A stretch of DNA of 64,000 nt from positions 37,258,337-37,322,336 of the forward strand of contig NC_057718.1 in the NCBI RefSeq assembly GCF_004010195.1. The letters run 5' to 3'. Each line of letters starts with the position of its first letter. Position 1 is the stretch's first letter. Source of the DNA: Chiloscyllium plagiosum. Lineage: Eukaryota. Below are positions 50,602-62,500 of the stretch, piece by piece. The notes under the pieces are model-generated. The model was not told where the DNA came from. It was given only the letters and a program-made list of their open reading frames with translations, and ran no database searches. The translations under genes and the position numbers were made by a program.

Positions 50602-52369
50602 AGCTAAAAGATTTGTTGTTTCTCAGGCCATACAGTAATATTTGGGAATATCATGAGTTCATTAATGGTTGGTGGTTCCATTCCAAAAATAAGCAGAGTG
50701 GATAATTTTCCTAACTAATGATCAGATCATTACCCAGTGCTATAGCTGGATTTGGAAAAACACTTCATAGAAGTGATATGAACGACTCTCCTTCTAGACG
50801 TCTCTCTTTGCAAGACACATGGTCACCTTCAGGTTAAACCATTACCAATCATCTCTGTCCAATAAGAGAGCAGCCCTATGGTTCTGTAAGTCTGTGGTGG
50901 TTTTGCCTTTACCTCTGCGATAATACAGATGGATCACATACTAACTTAATTCATCATTTGCTGCTTTTCACAGAAATACCTAATGATCCTACAATGGCAC
51001 ATATATGGGCAAGTGAATTGTAAAAGCCATAATAAGTTAATGAATGCAAGAATTATAGGTTTATGTAGCAAGTGAAAGGAATAATTTATTGAGGCTGTTC
51101 ACTGGTGAGTTCACAAACAGAGTTATGCTTATTAGAATGTCAATAGTATATGGTTTTAAATAATCATTCTAGTAATCCAAACTTCAACAGATCTAACTAT
51201 CAGGTGAGTTAAAAGAAACATTCGTAGCTGTTGTTACTTCACAATATCATGAGAAACTTACTGGAATGTAGACACAAGCTGTGAGTCCTCTGCTGAGAAA
51301 GCATTAATCAAGAGCTGCTGTTTTCTTGAACCACAAGAGAATATAGCAGCAGCAACAGAATAGAACAATTTAAATTAAACCAAACTCTACTCTCTTTCAC
51401 AAGAAAGGAAAATCTGAGACAACGAAAATATTTTGAAAATGTAACACTGGTGAATAACTGTTCTGGTTAGCTCGTGAAATGAGTTGCTATCCCATACAGC
51501 CGAGGAACACTGATTGCTGGTCACTGCTGAGTTTGTTATTTCAGTAGAGGCATACTAATGCCACAGTTGGCTCTGATGACCTTGAATTGTAAAGGATAGC
51601 CAGATTTTCGGTCCTTGTTCATTAATGAACAACTCTTGCATGGAAATCCGTGGGCTGAATTTTTTTGTTACTTTGTCTTACCACAGGTTTCCTGCCACCA
51701 ACCCCCCTTCCCCCACACTCGTTCCAAACTATCTACAACAATCTGGGTGGGTGTGTGAGTAGGTCCATCCTTGTCCCACGTGAGGCTGGTGGCCAGAGGT
51801 CAAAGATGGGGAAAAATCCATCATATTACACTGCATTGGCCTTCGTCGAAAAAAGATGGGGTTACCATCCCCGAGGCCCCAATTTCCACAGTGGGTGATT
51901 CCATCCTCCAGGGTTTGGCCTTTGTGGGTGTTCCCTCATACCTGTCTCTACATTAATTCTCCCACCTCATCTCCACAAACCCCCTTGCTCCACACCTCAC
52001 CTCATTCCCACTGTGAGATCCCTATAATGGACTCCAGGACATTGAATCTGGGGAGTGATTGCAGGCCAGTCCGCTTGGCTGTTTCCATTTATGTTGCTGG
52101 GACTAAAAAGCTCCCACAAAATCAGGTTGACCAACAGTTTTCTGAGGTTTTTGCCTATGTAAGGAGCATGAGTCTCATCTCCAATCAATTAACACACCAT
52201 GGGTCATGAGATGGCTGTGGAGTGCCATGATTGCCAAAGGTGTCTTTGTTGACTCTTCAGATGGCAATGTGGTAAACACCACCATCCAATATATGTCAAG
52301 TAAGGGATGGATTGAATAACCACCATGGTCAAAATGGCTGCTGCATTAATTTAGCACCCTGTCATGGCC

Positions 52370-52620
52370 CCAGGATACTTTGCAGGCAACAAAGTACTTT
52401 TGAAAGGCAGTTGTGTTGCAATGCAGACAGCATGGTAGCCGATGTACACACAGCAAGCTCCCAAAATGCCATCACAAATAACAATGTGGTAATAAGCAAA
52501 TAATGCATTTCTTCTGATGTTAATTGAGGGATAAATATTGGTCAGGATACTGAAAACAATTACCCTTACACTTCTTCAAAATAGTGCCAAGGGATTGTAT
52601 GTGTCCACATGCTAGGTCAG
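52370..52620 (-). mobile_element. Deu-domain SINE remnant
   Basis: acacagcaagctcccaaa...gaggggataaatattggtcaggatac...cttcttcaaaatagtgcca. Confidence 0.6.
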
Positions 52621-53099
52621 ATCCTGGGAAGAATCTTGTGGGGTGGTGGTTGTCATCTGGAGAGCTGACACTTTTTGAGAAGGACATTGGAATCTTGCTC
52701 AACTCAGGCATTTAACAGGCCAGTAATGAACTTTTCACTGGAATCAATCCGTCCTCAAACTCCATCTTGCCAAGAACTGCCAGCCAATCATGGGTTCTCA
52801 GCTCGTCTTTTCTCAAGACTGCCACTGGAGAGAGATGGCAGCTGCTGGTACTACACCCACCAGAGGCCTCAGATCATGAGATACGCAGGCACAGTGAATG
52901 ACAGCAGAAGGAGGTGTCAAAGTATGGGGGTTACAGGGTGCTGGGGGGGAGGGGGGGGGTTGGGGGAGTCAGCAGCAAGAGCATGGGCTGTCTTTCAGTG
53001 GTGCTAAGGTTTACTTGTTATGCATCTCACATAGTGAGACTCCATCTGCTGCTGGTTAATATCTGAGGCAGTTGGATGAAGCCTTTAGCTGTACATCAG

Positions 53100-53378
53100 T
53101 TGGGAACATAAAGGCCTGAACTAGAACACCTCCACTTGCAAGACCCCTCCAAGCCACTGACCATCCCAACTTGGAATTATATCGGCATTCCTTTACTGTC
53201 ACGTGGTCAAAATTCTGGAATTTTGTCCCTGATAGCATTAGGGTCTACCCACAGCATAAGGACAGCAGCAGTTCAAGAAGGTAGTGCACTACCACCTTCT
53301 TGAGGGCAGCGAGGGACGGACAGTAAATGCTAGCCCAACCAGCAGCACTCACATTCCTATGAATTAATTAAAAAAACT
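53100..53378 (+). mobile_element. 3' end of a CR1/L2-group LINE
   Basis: Homologous to 6870-7195; ends in an A-rich tail. Confidence 0.65.
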
Positions 53379-54385
53379 GGAGGTGGAGAGTGGAAAGGCT
53401 GTCACAGACCTCACTGCCACTATCTCAAATCAGGATGGAGGGGAAAGATGGTGGCGACCACTTTGAGAAATTGCCATATGTGGCAAGGACTTGGGTGAAG
53501 GAGATATATAAAAATGCAGCCTTCAAAGACATTGAGGTATTGAGTTGGAAGATGCGCCATGATCTATCTAATTGAATGGTGGAGCAGGCTTGATGGGCTG
53601 AATGGCCCACTTGTGGCTACATTCTTATTTAAAATAGCTGATTGGTCTAAAGCCATTTTCCAGCTCTTGTTCAGTTAGAGCATTCAATGGACTTTCTTTG
53701 ACCTGGCAGACTAATTGCTATTTACTAGCAAGCTAAGGAATTCCTAACCTGCAGTCACACTCCTTCTCTGATGTGCAGCATTGTCCGTGAGGCAGATGCT
53801 GAGGCTCTGGCACAAAGATGGCTCCCGAGCACGGGCAGAGAAGATCAACACTCAGGCTCTGGATTAAATTCTGGGCTCAAAATGTTGTCTCCAGCCATGA
53901 GTTATGAGCGGGTTGGGTTTGAATTCATGATCTCTCAAATGTTCTGCTTTTTTGTATTAACTGTTGTGTAACATTAGTTTATTAGTGTCATAGTCTTGTC
54001 AAAAGCATAAGTAAGGAGTTAAAAGGAACAATGCATGTCAACCCTCATAAAGATATTCTATAACATTTTATTGCAGTTTGGAAAGCCAATAATTCTGATA
54101 GCAGAACATAAAAGTCTGCAGAGTAGACATTTTTACAAACTTAACAAACCTCAGCTCCAGGCATATTTTCAACAAATCCAAAATTAACTTTAACAAAACC
54201 TGCAGCAATCCAGAATCCTGAGGAGTGTTCTTTTTGCTTGTCTTGATAGCTACCCATCATTGAAGTATTGCAGACATGTGGTCAAACCAGTGCTGATCAA
54301 CCTATAGAGATGTGTAAACATTCAAGTGTATCTTTAATTCCTGGGGATTCCAGGCTCACAAATCTGGGAATTTGCAAAATTTGAG

Positions 54386-54688
54386 AGATTAGATTAGATT
54401 CCCTACAGTGTGGAAACAGGCCCTTCAGCCCAACATATCCTCACCAACCCTCCAAAGAGTAACTCACCCAGACCCATTTCCATGACAAATGCACCTAATA
54501 CTATGGGCAATTTAGCATGGCCAATTTACCTAACCTGCACATCTTTGGATAGTGGGAGGAAACCAGAGCACCTGGAGGAAACCCATGCAGACACAGGGAG
54601 AATGTGCAAACTCGACACAGACAGTGGCCCGAGGCAGGAATTGAACCTAGGTCCCTGGCGCTGTGAGGCAGCAGTGCTAACCACTGAG
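54386..54688 (-). mobile_element. V-SINE
   Basis: (agatt)n tail at left, reverse V-domain and tRNA head. Confidence 0.9.
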
Positions 54689-55389
54689 AAAATCTTAATG
54701 ACTGCAACTTATGAGTTGGTTTCACCTTTAACTGTGTTCCCAGTGTTTTTATTGTAGGTTATGATAGTATTTTTGTATAAGTACTGCCAACAAATGTGAG
54801 GCTATGAATACAATTGTGGTGCAGTGGTGATAGTATTGCTGCTGTTTGAATACTGTATTGAATTACCTTATGCTATCATGGGAGATCACATCATTAAATG
54901 AATATACGTGATGTGATAGAATGCAACCAGAATTTAATGCCCTCCTTTAAGGCATGTTTAGAGGGATTTATTAGAATGAGAGGATGCAGATGGGGACATT
55001 CTACACTTGCCTTGCCCAGTCCCAATTAAGTGCAGGCAAGAAAGCTCATGAATGACCTTCTACTCTGATGTTGTTTGGGGCTCCTAAGTGGGTGATTAAT
55101 GCCCATTGAGGCCAGTGCTGCTGAGATTCAACCAATGAGCAATGGGACAGCCAGCCCAAGGGGAGTCTGAGAATTGCTTGCTTGCTCCCAAGGAGAGATA
55201 CATTGTTCAAAGCTGACGGGGAACTTGTATCGAGAAGAGGTGTCTCTCTGAGAATCATGCGCACCCCCTCATCCCCTGGCCAACAACATCTTTTCTTCGA
55301 CTTGCAGTTTGCTCTTACCTCTGGCCTCAGTTCCTTTTTTGGTAAAGGGCCCGTGCTGGATGTGTGGTCAGCAGCTGCCACACTCTTCC

Positions 55390-55520
55390 GGTCCGAAGAA
55401 GGGTTACACACAAAACGTCGACTTCTCCACCTCCTGATGCTGCCTGGCTTGTTGTGATCTTCCAGCCTCCTGCCTGTCTACCTTGGATTCCAGCATCTGC
55501 AGTTTTTTTCTCTCTCTAAA
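55390..55520 (+). mobile_element. Penelope-type terminal repeat with degenerate hammerhead and 8-bp TSD
   Basis: actcttcc at 55382-55389 and 55521-55528; cgaagaagggttacacacaaaacgtcgac...gatgctgcctgg...ccagcatctgcagtttt. Confidence 0.75.
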
Positions 55521-56171
55521 ACTCTTCCAAAGGCACTCCCTACATTGAAGAGGTGCTGACCTCTGGTTGGTTGATAGCTCTTGGAGACAGGATTCCTGGT
55601 TATTGATCCTTCATCCCAGGGATGGCCTGCCTCAAAGCACTTGGCTGGGGGCTGTCACATGTATGAACAAGAAAGTCATTGCCCAGACTGAATACAAAAA
55701 GGCTGTATATCTCATGCCAGAAGCCTTTAAAGACCTTCTACTTGGTATTGACCAAACTGGCCACTGAGCCACAAAATATTCGAGGTGAGATGAAACCAAT
55801 GTTGAAGAAGCTCTTCATAAATTTGCCCCAGTAAAATGGGTGAACTAATAAACAGATTAAGGGGTAAATATTTACTTAAAAATAGAAACAGTTCAGATAC
55901 AGTGACCGCTGGTTAATCTTCCAAAAATTAAAAGCAAAAATTTTGGAATGATTTTTGCATGCGCCAATTTTTCATGCTGGCATTGGCAGGGGCACTGCTC
56001 AGGTATTGAACAGTATAATTTGAATGATCCCTAATTTGCATTCCATGTGGATGATACACAATAACCCAGATGTTCTTTGGGCTGGGAGCCTATCAATGAT
56101 ATACCTGCAGAGCAATGGCTTGTCCTGGGTCAGTTTGTCAAATTCCTATGATAACAGACTGTTGGTTGGAG

Positions 56172-56264
56172 TCAAAACGTGTGGTGCTGGAGAAGCACAG
56201 CCGGTCAGGCAACACCTGAGGAACAGAAGAGTCGACATTTTGAGTCTAAGCTCTTCATCAGGAA
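56172..56264 (-). mobile_element. Family-A Penelope terminal repeat with 12-bp TSD (1 mismatch)
   Basis: tgttggttggag at 56160-56171 and tgttagttggag at 56265-56276; minus ttcCTGATGAAGAGcttagaCTCAAAATGTCGAC. Confidence 0.75.
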
Positions 56265-56315
56265 TGTTAGTTGGAGGCTAGTTAAATCTCCCCCTCCCCC
56301 ACTCACTTTAAAAAT

Positions 56316-56600
56316 CAGAATATAGAATCATAGAATCCCTACAGTGTGGAAGCAGTCCAATTGGCTCATTGAGTCCAACACTAATCCTCTGAAGAACATC
56401 CCACCCAGACCCACCCCCTATTCTATCCCTGTAACCCTGCATTTCCCATGGCAAATCCACCAAGCTTGCACATCCCAGGACACTATGGGCAATTTAGCAT
56501 GGCCAATCCACCCAACCTGCACATCTTTTGACTGTGGGAGGAAACTGGAGCATCCAGAGAAAACCCATCCAGACATGTGCAAACTACACACAGACAGTCC
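56316..56600 (-). mobile_element. 5'-truncated V-SINE
   Basis: (catagaat)n tail, reverse V-domain. Confidence 0.85.
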
Positions 56601-57649
56601 TAGTGGTGTTAAGATCTAGAGTTTCCTTCTGGGAACAGGATTTTAAAATTACACTCCTAACTATTCCCAACCGTACTGGCAATCCATGAACCCCATGCAA
56701 GCTGATTGCTTACATGGGGATGGATGTGTGTGAATGAACAGCAGAGGCTTCTGGTGAACAAATTTCAGAAAGTTAATGGTGCCCTCTGTTTCAGTTTAAA
56801 ACGACAAACGTAGACCATATTCAAATCTCCTCTAAAATAAATGCCACAGGTCCCTTTTTACAGCATTGTTATGCAGAGACCTTGCATGAATTTCTGAACA
56901 TATACATTGTAAATAAAAGAGCAAGACCAATGCTTGTTGTAGTAAAGTTGACATTAAAAAATCCATACAAAGGAAAAGTGGTGTCTCGCAGGTTTTTCTT
57001 CAATCAGTCAAAACTGGATTAAATTGGAATGGATGCCCAGTATTTCTCAGAGTGTGTTAAATTCAACTTAATCTTTAACTGGACTGGTTATTGTTTTAAC
57101 TTCTGAATTACCTTAGTTGTTAAATCAAACTAAGACTAATGAGTTGTGAGTGTACTTTGTACGCAAAATGTCTAATTTTCCTGAAAGCATGTCTAATAAT
57201 GTGAATGTTATCCATGGGTGGGATCTTTCTAGTTCAGCACTTTTGACATTTAATTTTGAGTAAAAGCCAAAGACTTTGCTTCCTACTCAAGATCTTTCTC
57301 AGCTGGGCTGTACTGAAGTGATGCAAAAGACCTTTCATTGAAATGCTTTCTCTTCAATATTAGATTACATAATATAAACGTGGCCACCTTCAGTGCATTA
57401 GATTTTCTGTTTCTACGATTTAATGGCCACCAAATAATGGAACAATACATAAAATATACAACAACTTACATTGAAAAGCATCATTGATGTAATAAAGTGT
57501 CCAAAAGTTCTTCATGGGTCCTATATTTAGACACACAAATAGATTCTAAACCACATTAGATAATATTAGAGCAGACGACTAAAGGTTGGTCAAAGCGATG
57601 GCCTCTAAGTAGAATCATCAAGGAAGAAGGAGAAATGGAAAGGATTTGA

Positions 57650-57920
57650 GCTTTGGGAGAGGCTGAATAGACTGGGTTTTTTTTCACTGGAGCCTTTGAG
57701 GCTGAGAGGTGACCTGATAGAGGTTTGTAATATCACGAGGGGCATGGATAGGGTGAATAGCCAAGGTCTTTTTCCCAAGGTAGGGACATCCAAAGCAAGA
57801 GGGTATACGTCTAAGGTGAGAGGGAAAATATTTAAAAGGCACCTAAGGGGAAACCTTTCATGCAAAGGATGGTGCGTATGCAATGAGCTTCCAGAGGAAA
57901 TGGTGGAGGCTGGTACAATC
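57650..57920 (+). mobile_element. CR1 3' fragment
   Basis: LRLRGDLIEVCNITRGMDRVNSQGLFP...NELPEEMVEAGT. Confidence 0.85.
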
Positions 57921-57939
57921 CAAATGCAGGAACCCTTAA

Positions 57940-58480
57940 CCTGCATATTAATCCTTCATGTGACACCTTATCAAGTGCTTTTGGAAGTCTAAATATATTA
58001 CGTCTGCTGTTTCCTTTTTATCTATCTATTAGTTACATCCTCAAAAAAACTCTAATGGTTGTCCGACATCATTTGCTTATGTAAAGCAATGTTGACGTTA
58101 TCTGATCAGGCTGCAATTTTCTAAATACATTCCTGACATGTCTTTGACAACAGATCCCAAAACCTACCAAATGACAGGTCTAGCTAACAGGCCTGTGGTT
58201 TCCTGCTTCTCTCTCCCTTCTCTCTTGAACAGAGGTGGAACACTTGCTAGCTTCCAATTTACTAGGGAAACAAGGGAATTTTGTGAAAATATCATAATAA
58301 TGCATCCATTAGTTCTTTAGCTATCGCTTTTAGAACTCAAGGTTATAGGCCAGCAGGTGAAATCCCTCCAGCATGCTTTCTCTCCAAATTTTCTTACAAT
58401 TTTCTGACAATTTTTAAACCTTAAATTACTCTCTGTTCATGGTATGATATTTGGTGCCTTCTACTGTAAAGATAGAAATG
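57940..58480 (-). mobile_element. Old CR1 RT remnant
   Basis: caagtgcttttggaagtctaaata (reverse of YLDFQKHL); ctaacaggcctgtggtttcctg. Confidence 0.6.
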
Positions 58481-58877
58481 TTTATTTTAGCTACTCTCTA
58501 CCTTTTTATGTCCTGGAAATACTGGTCATTTGGTGTTTTTTTATTTTAAAAATGGACCTGGATTTGAAAGGGGGCACCGTGGGGTTTGGTGTGCTCCTTT
58601 TCTTCCTCTATCTCCATTTTAATTTGATGTCCACTCTCTTTTCCTCCCTTTTCCTTCCTTTTTGTTATTGTTACACTGTCCCTGTTAGACAGTGTTGTAA
58701 TCCTTTAATTTAATAGTGACACTGGTCTCTTAGTGGTGTTTAACTGTAGAAAAGAATCTAATTTCTATGGCACTATGGCAATGAGCGTGCATTATTTCCC
58801 TCTCTAACTCCATTTTTTTTTAGTTCCTCCCTTATTTTGTATTCTTGTTGCTCTGTCCTTGATGGGTAGTGTTGGTT

Positions 58878-60122
58878 AGAACATAGAAAATAGAACATGA
58901 AAACGCAGTCCAAACCCTTCGACTTTCGATGTTGCAGCAACCTGTAGAACTAATCTGAAGCCTATCTATCCAACACTATTCTATTTTCATCCATATGTTT
59001 ATACAATGACCATTTAAATGCCCTTAAAGTTGGTGAGTCTATTTCTGTTGCAGACAGTGCGTTCCACACCCCTACTAATCTCTAAGTACAGAAACTACCC
59101 CAGACATTGTCCTATATCTAACACCCCTCAATTTAAAGTTATGTCCCCTTGTGCTAGCCATCACCATCTGAGGAAAAAGGCTCACACTGTCCACCATCTA
59201 ATCATCTGACTATCTTATATATCTCAATTAAGTCATCTCTCAACTTACTTCTCTATAATGATAATAGCTTCATGTCCCTCAGCTTTTCCTCATAAGACCT
59301 TCCCTGTGTACCCGTTAACATCCTAGTAAATTGCCTCTGAGCCCTTTCCAAAGCTTCCACATCCTTCCTATAACGCGGTGACAAGAACTGTCCACAATAC
59401 TCCAAATGTGGCCGCACCAAAGTTTTGTACAGCTGCAACATGATGTCATGGCTCCGAAAATCAGTCCTTCCACCAATAAAAGCTAACACACTGTATGGCT
59501 TCTTACCAACCCTGGCAACTTTCAGGGATCTATGTACATGGACAGTGAGATCTCTCTGCTCATCCACACTACCAAGAATTTTACCATTACCCCAGTACTC
59601 TTTATTCCTGTTGCTCCTGAATCACCTCACACTTTTCCACATTAAACCACATTTGCCAAATCTTAGCTCAGCTCTGCAGCTTGCCTATGTCCCTCTGTAA
59701 CCTACAACAACCTTCGCCACTATCATAACTCCACCGACCTTCGTGTCATCCGCAGATTTACTAACCCATCCTTCTGCATCCTCATTTATAAAAATGATAA
59801 ACAGCAGTGGACCCAAAACATATCCTTGAGGTACACCACTAATAACTGAACTCCAGGATGAACATTTCCCATCAACCATCACCCTCTATCTTCTTTCAGC
59901 TAGCCAATTTCTGATCCAAACCGCGATATCACCCTCAATCCCATGCCTCCGTATTTTGTGCAGTTGCCTACCGTAGGGAACCTTATCAAACACCTTACTG
60001 AAATCCATATATACCACATCAATTCCTTTACCCTCATCCACCTGCTTGGTCACCTTTTCAAAGAACTCAATAAGGTTTGTGAGGCATGACCTACCCTTCA
60101 CAAAACCATGTTGACTATCCCT
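58878..60122 (-). mobile_element. CR1 LINE RT and 3' end
   Basis: GRSCLTNLIEFFEKVT...[45 protein letters not shown]; (tagaaca)n tail at left. Confidence 0.92.
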
Positions 60123-60180
60123 CTATCAATTGTCTCAATTGTCAAATAGATGGTAGATATTTAAGAACAATAAGGACCTG

Positions 60181-60492
60181 AGTGGCATGGTTGCTCAGTG
60201 GTTAGTACTGCTGTCTCACAACATCAGGGTCCTGGGTTCAATTCCCGCCACGAGCAACTCTCTGTTTGGAGTTTGCACATTCTCTCCTTGTCTGCGTGGG
60301 TTTCCTCCCAAAATCCAAAGATGTGCAGATCAGGTGAATTGGCCATGCTAAAATTGCCCATAGTGCTCAGGGATATGCAGGCTAGTGGTAAGTGTCGAGT
60401 AATAGGGTAGGGTGGGTTACCCTTCGGAGGGATGGTGTGGACTTGTTGGGCCATGATGGTCTGTTTCCATACTGTTAGGATTTGATGATCTA
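60181..60492 (+). mobile_element. V-SINE
   Basis: tRNA head, V-domain with a small deletion, CR1-like tail. Confidence 0.88.
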
Positions 60493-61590
60493 TTTAGAGA
60501 AAGATAGTTGCTGCAGGAGCTGAAGAGCATTATATCCCCTTCCAAACCCATTTTAATTAGTCTCTTTCCTCTTGTTGCACTATCCCTGGAAGGAAATACT
60601 GGCAATTTGTTAATATTTAATCAGAAACATGGGTGATTTGGTGCTAGTGGTGTAATAAAAAATAAAATCTGGCACTGGGGGGACTGGTTTGCATTATTAT
60701 CCCCTCCAACTAAACTTTTGATGTAATCACCTCCCTTTCTTCTTGAAATCCCCTACTTTGAGTTAGTGCTGCGTTGCACCTGATGGGCAGTGGTTGTTCA
60801 TTTATTTTTGTCCGGCTGATTGTGTGAGTAACTTAATTTATTAAAAATGAGACCTAGATTCTTTGTCCCTTCCAACCCCATTTTAATTTAGTCCCTTTCC
60901 TGACACTCTACCCTTTATCCTTTATTTACCTCTTCCTTAGTTTTTGTTATAGTTTCAGTGCCCCTGGTCAGCAGTGCTGGAAGCGGTTTATTTAAGTGGT
61001 TTGGTTGTGGCTTTTCAAAGAAAAAGAGAGCTGGATTCTTTCCCACTGGGCAATTAGTTTCTGACCATGGAAGGGGTCTTAAAGGGAAAGGTAGAAATTG
61101 GTAATTGTGCTTAACTATAGATTTGTTGTTAAAATCCTCTTATCATCTCTGACAGTCATTCACTGCCTAATTCAACATGGAGAAATCAGTCTGTTAAACA
61201 TTATATACTTGTAAAAGATTTTACAATCTGTCTTTATATTCCTGGCTGGCTTACTCTCATATTCTATTTCTTTTTCTCCCTTTTATCAACTTTTTGATTA
61301 CTCTTTGCTGCTTTTTGAAATATTTCAATCCTCAGGCTTGCTGTTAAGTTTTATGTTATAAGTCTCTCCTTTTATTCAAATGCTATCCTTAACTTCCTGA
61401 GTAAATCACAGATAGATCTTTCTTGCTCAGTTTCTTTTTGTTTTCAACAGAATGTGTTTTTGCTGAGCATTTTGAATTGTTTTTTTAAAGGTTTATTTAC
61501 TGCGATACCTCTTAGTCTATTTACTCATTAACTTTTGTCAGCTCTCTTATACTTCTGCAATGACTTTGTTTATGTTTCAGATTTTTTGTT

Positions 61591-61950
61591 CGAGATAGCA
61601 AGGCGAGGAACAGGGAGCGGGCGCAGCTTAACACGTGGCTGCGCAGCTGGTGTAGGAGGGAGGGCTATTTCCCAGGACAGAAATGACTAACACGAAGGGT
61701 CATAGTTTTAAGCTGGTTTGAAGAAAGTATAGAGGGGATGTCAGAGGCGGGTTCTTTACACAGAGAGTTGTGAGAGCATGGAATACGTTGCCAGCAGCAG
61801 TTGTGGAAGCAGTCATTGGGGACATTTAAGAGACTACTGGACATGCATATGATCACAGAAATTTGAGTGTGCATACATGAGGATCAGTGGTCGGCACAAC
61901 ATCATGGGCTGAAGGGCCTGTTCTATGAAGTACTGTTCTATATTCTATGT
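61591..61950 (+). mobile_element. Chimeric short CR1 (ORF1 fragment fused to the ORF2 3' end) inside an older minus-strand CR1 remnant (~61150-62200)
   Basis: RDSKARNRERAQLNTWLRSWCRREG, then FPRTEMTNTKGHSFK...FFTQRVVRAWNTLP and a (ttctatg) tail. Confidence 0.75.
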
Positions 61951-62384
61951 AACTGAAGTATCCCACCATTAAATCTAGTGTGGAATTCAAACGTAGTATG
62001 GTTATTAGTTCCCATTGGATCTTTTACTATGAGGTCACTAATTAACCCTGTCTCATGACACATTAAAAGTCATAAAATAGGTTTGCCATTGTTTCAGGAA
62101 ATTGTAACAAGAACATTCTACAGCCTCATACTCTGGACAAGCCTTGCCAATTTGGTTGAGCCAGTCTATATGAAAAATAAAGACTCACACAATTATTACA
62201 TTGCCTTCAGTGTATACTGCAAAATCTTCTTGTTTAATTCTCAGTTTAATGGTTTAACAACAGCACCTGCAGTCCTCACTTTCTCCTAACAACTGTTGTG
62301 TTTTGTTTCTATAGCATAGTGACTATCACATTCATGTAACACACACAAAAGGTGTTCAGTTCAAAACTAGGCAGAGCTACCATG

Positions 62385-62500
62385 AGGGGACTCTTTTGCA
62401 GTGGTAGTGTCCCAAACTCTGTAACTGATGGCCTGAGTTCAAGTCCCACCTGCTTACAGTTGTGTAATCATGTGTCTGCGTAGGTTGATGAGATAATATC
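62385..62500 (+). mobile_element. Short tRNA-derived SINE head
   Basis: A-box-like tgcagtggtagtg and B-box gagttcaagtccc. Confidence 0.45.

Larger units (their letters stand above)
58500..61000. repeat. Degenerate ~165-195-bp tandem repeat split by CR1 and V-SINE insertions
   Basis: Recurrent (gcattat)..ccc(t)tcca..ccattttaatt motif at ~58601, 58789, 60527, 60691 and 60860. Confidence 0.5.

Noticed and set aside
51650..53010. Possible DNA-transposon or MITE remnants (also ~43120-43800 and ~54925-55780)
   Set aside because: Repeat-like composition, but I could not define terminal inverted repeats or TSDs.
60500..61130. Endogenous viral fragment
   Set aside because: Manual translation gave no recognisable viral motif; better explained as a degenerate tandem repeat.
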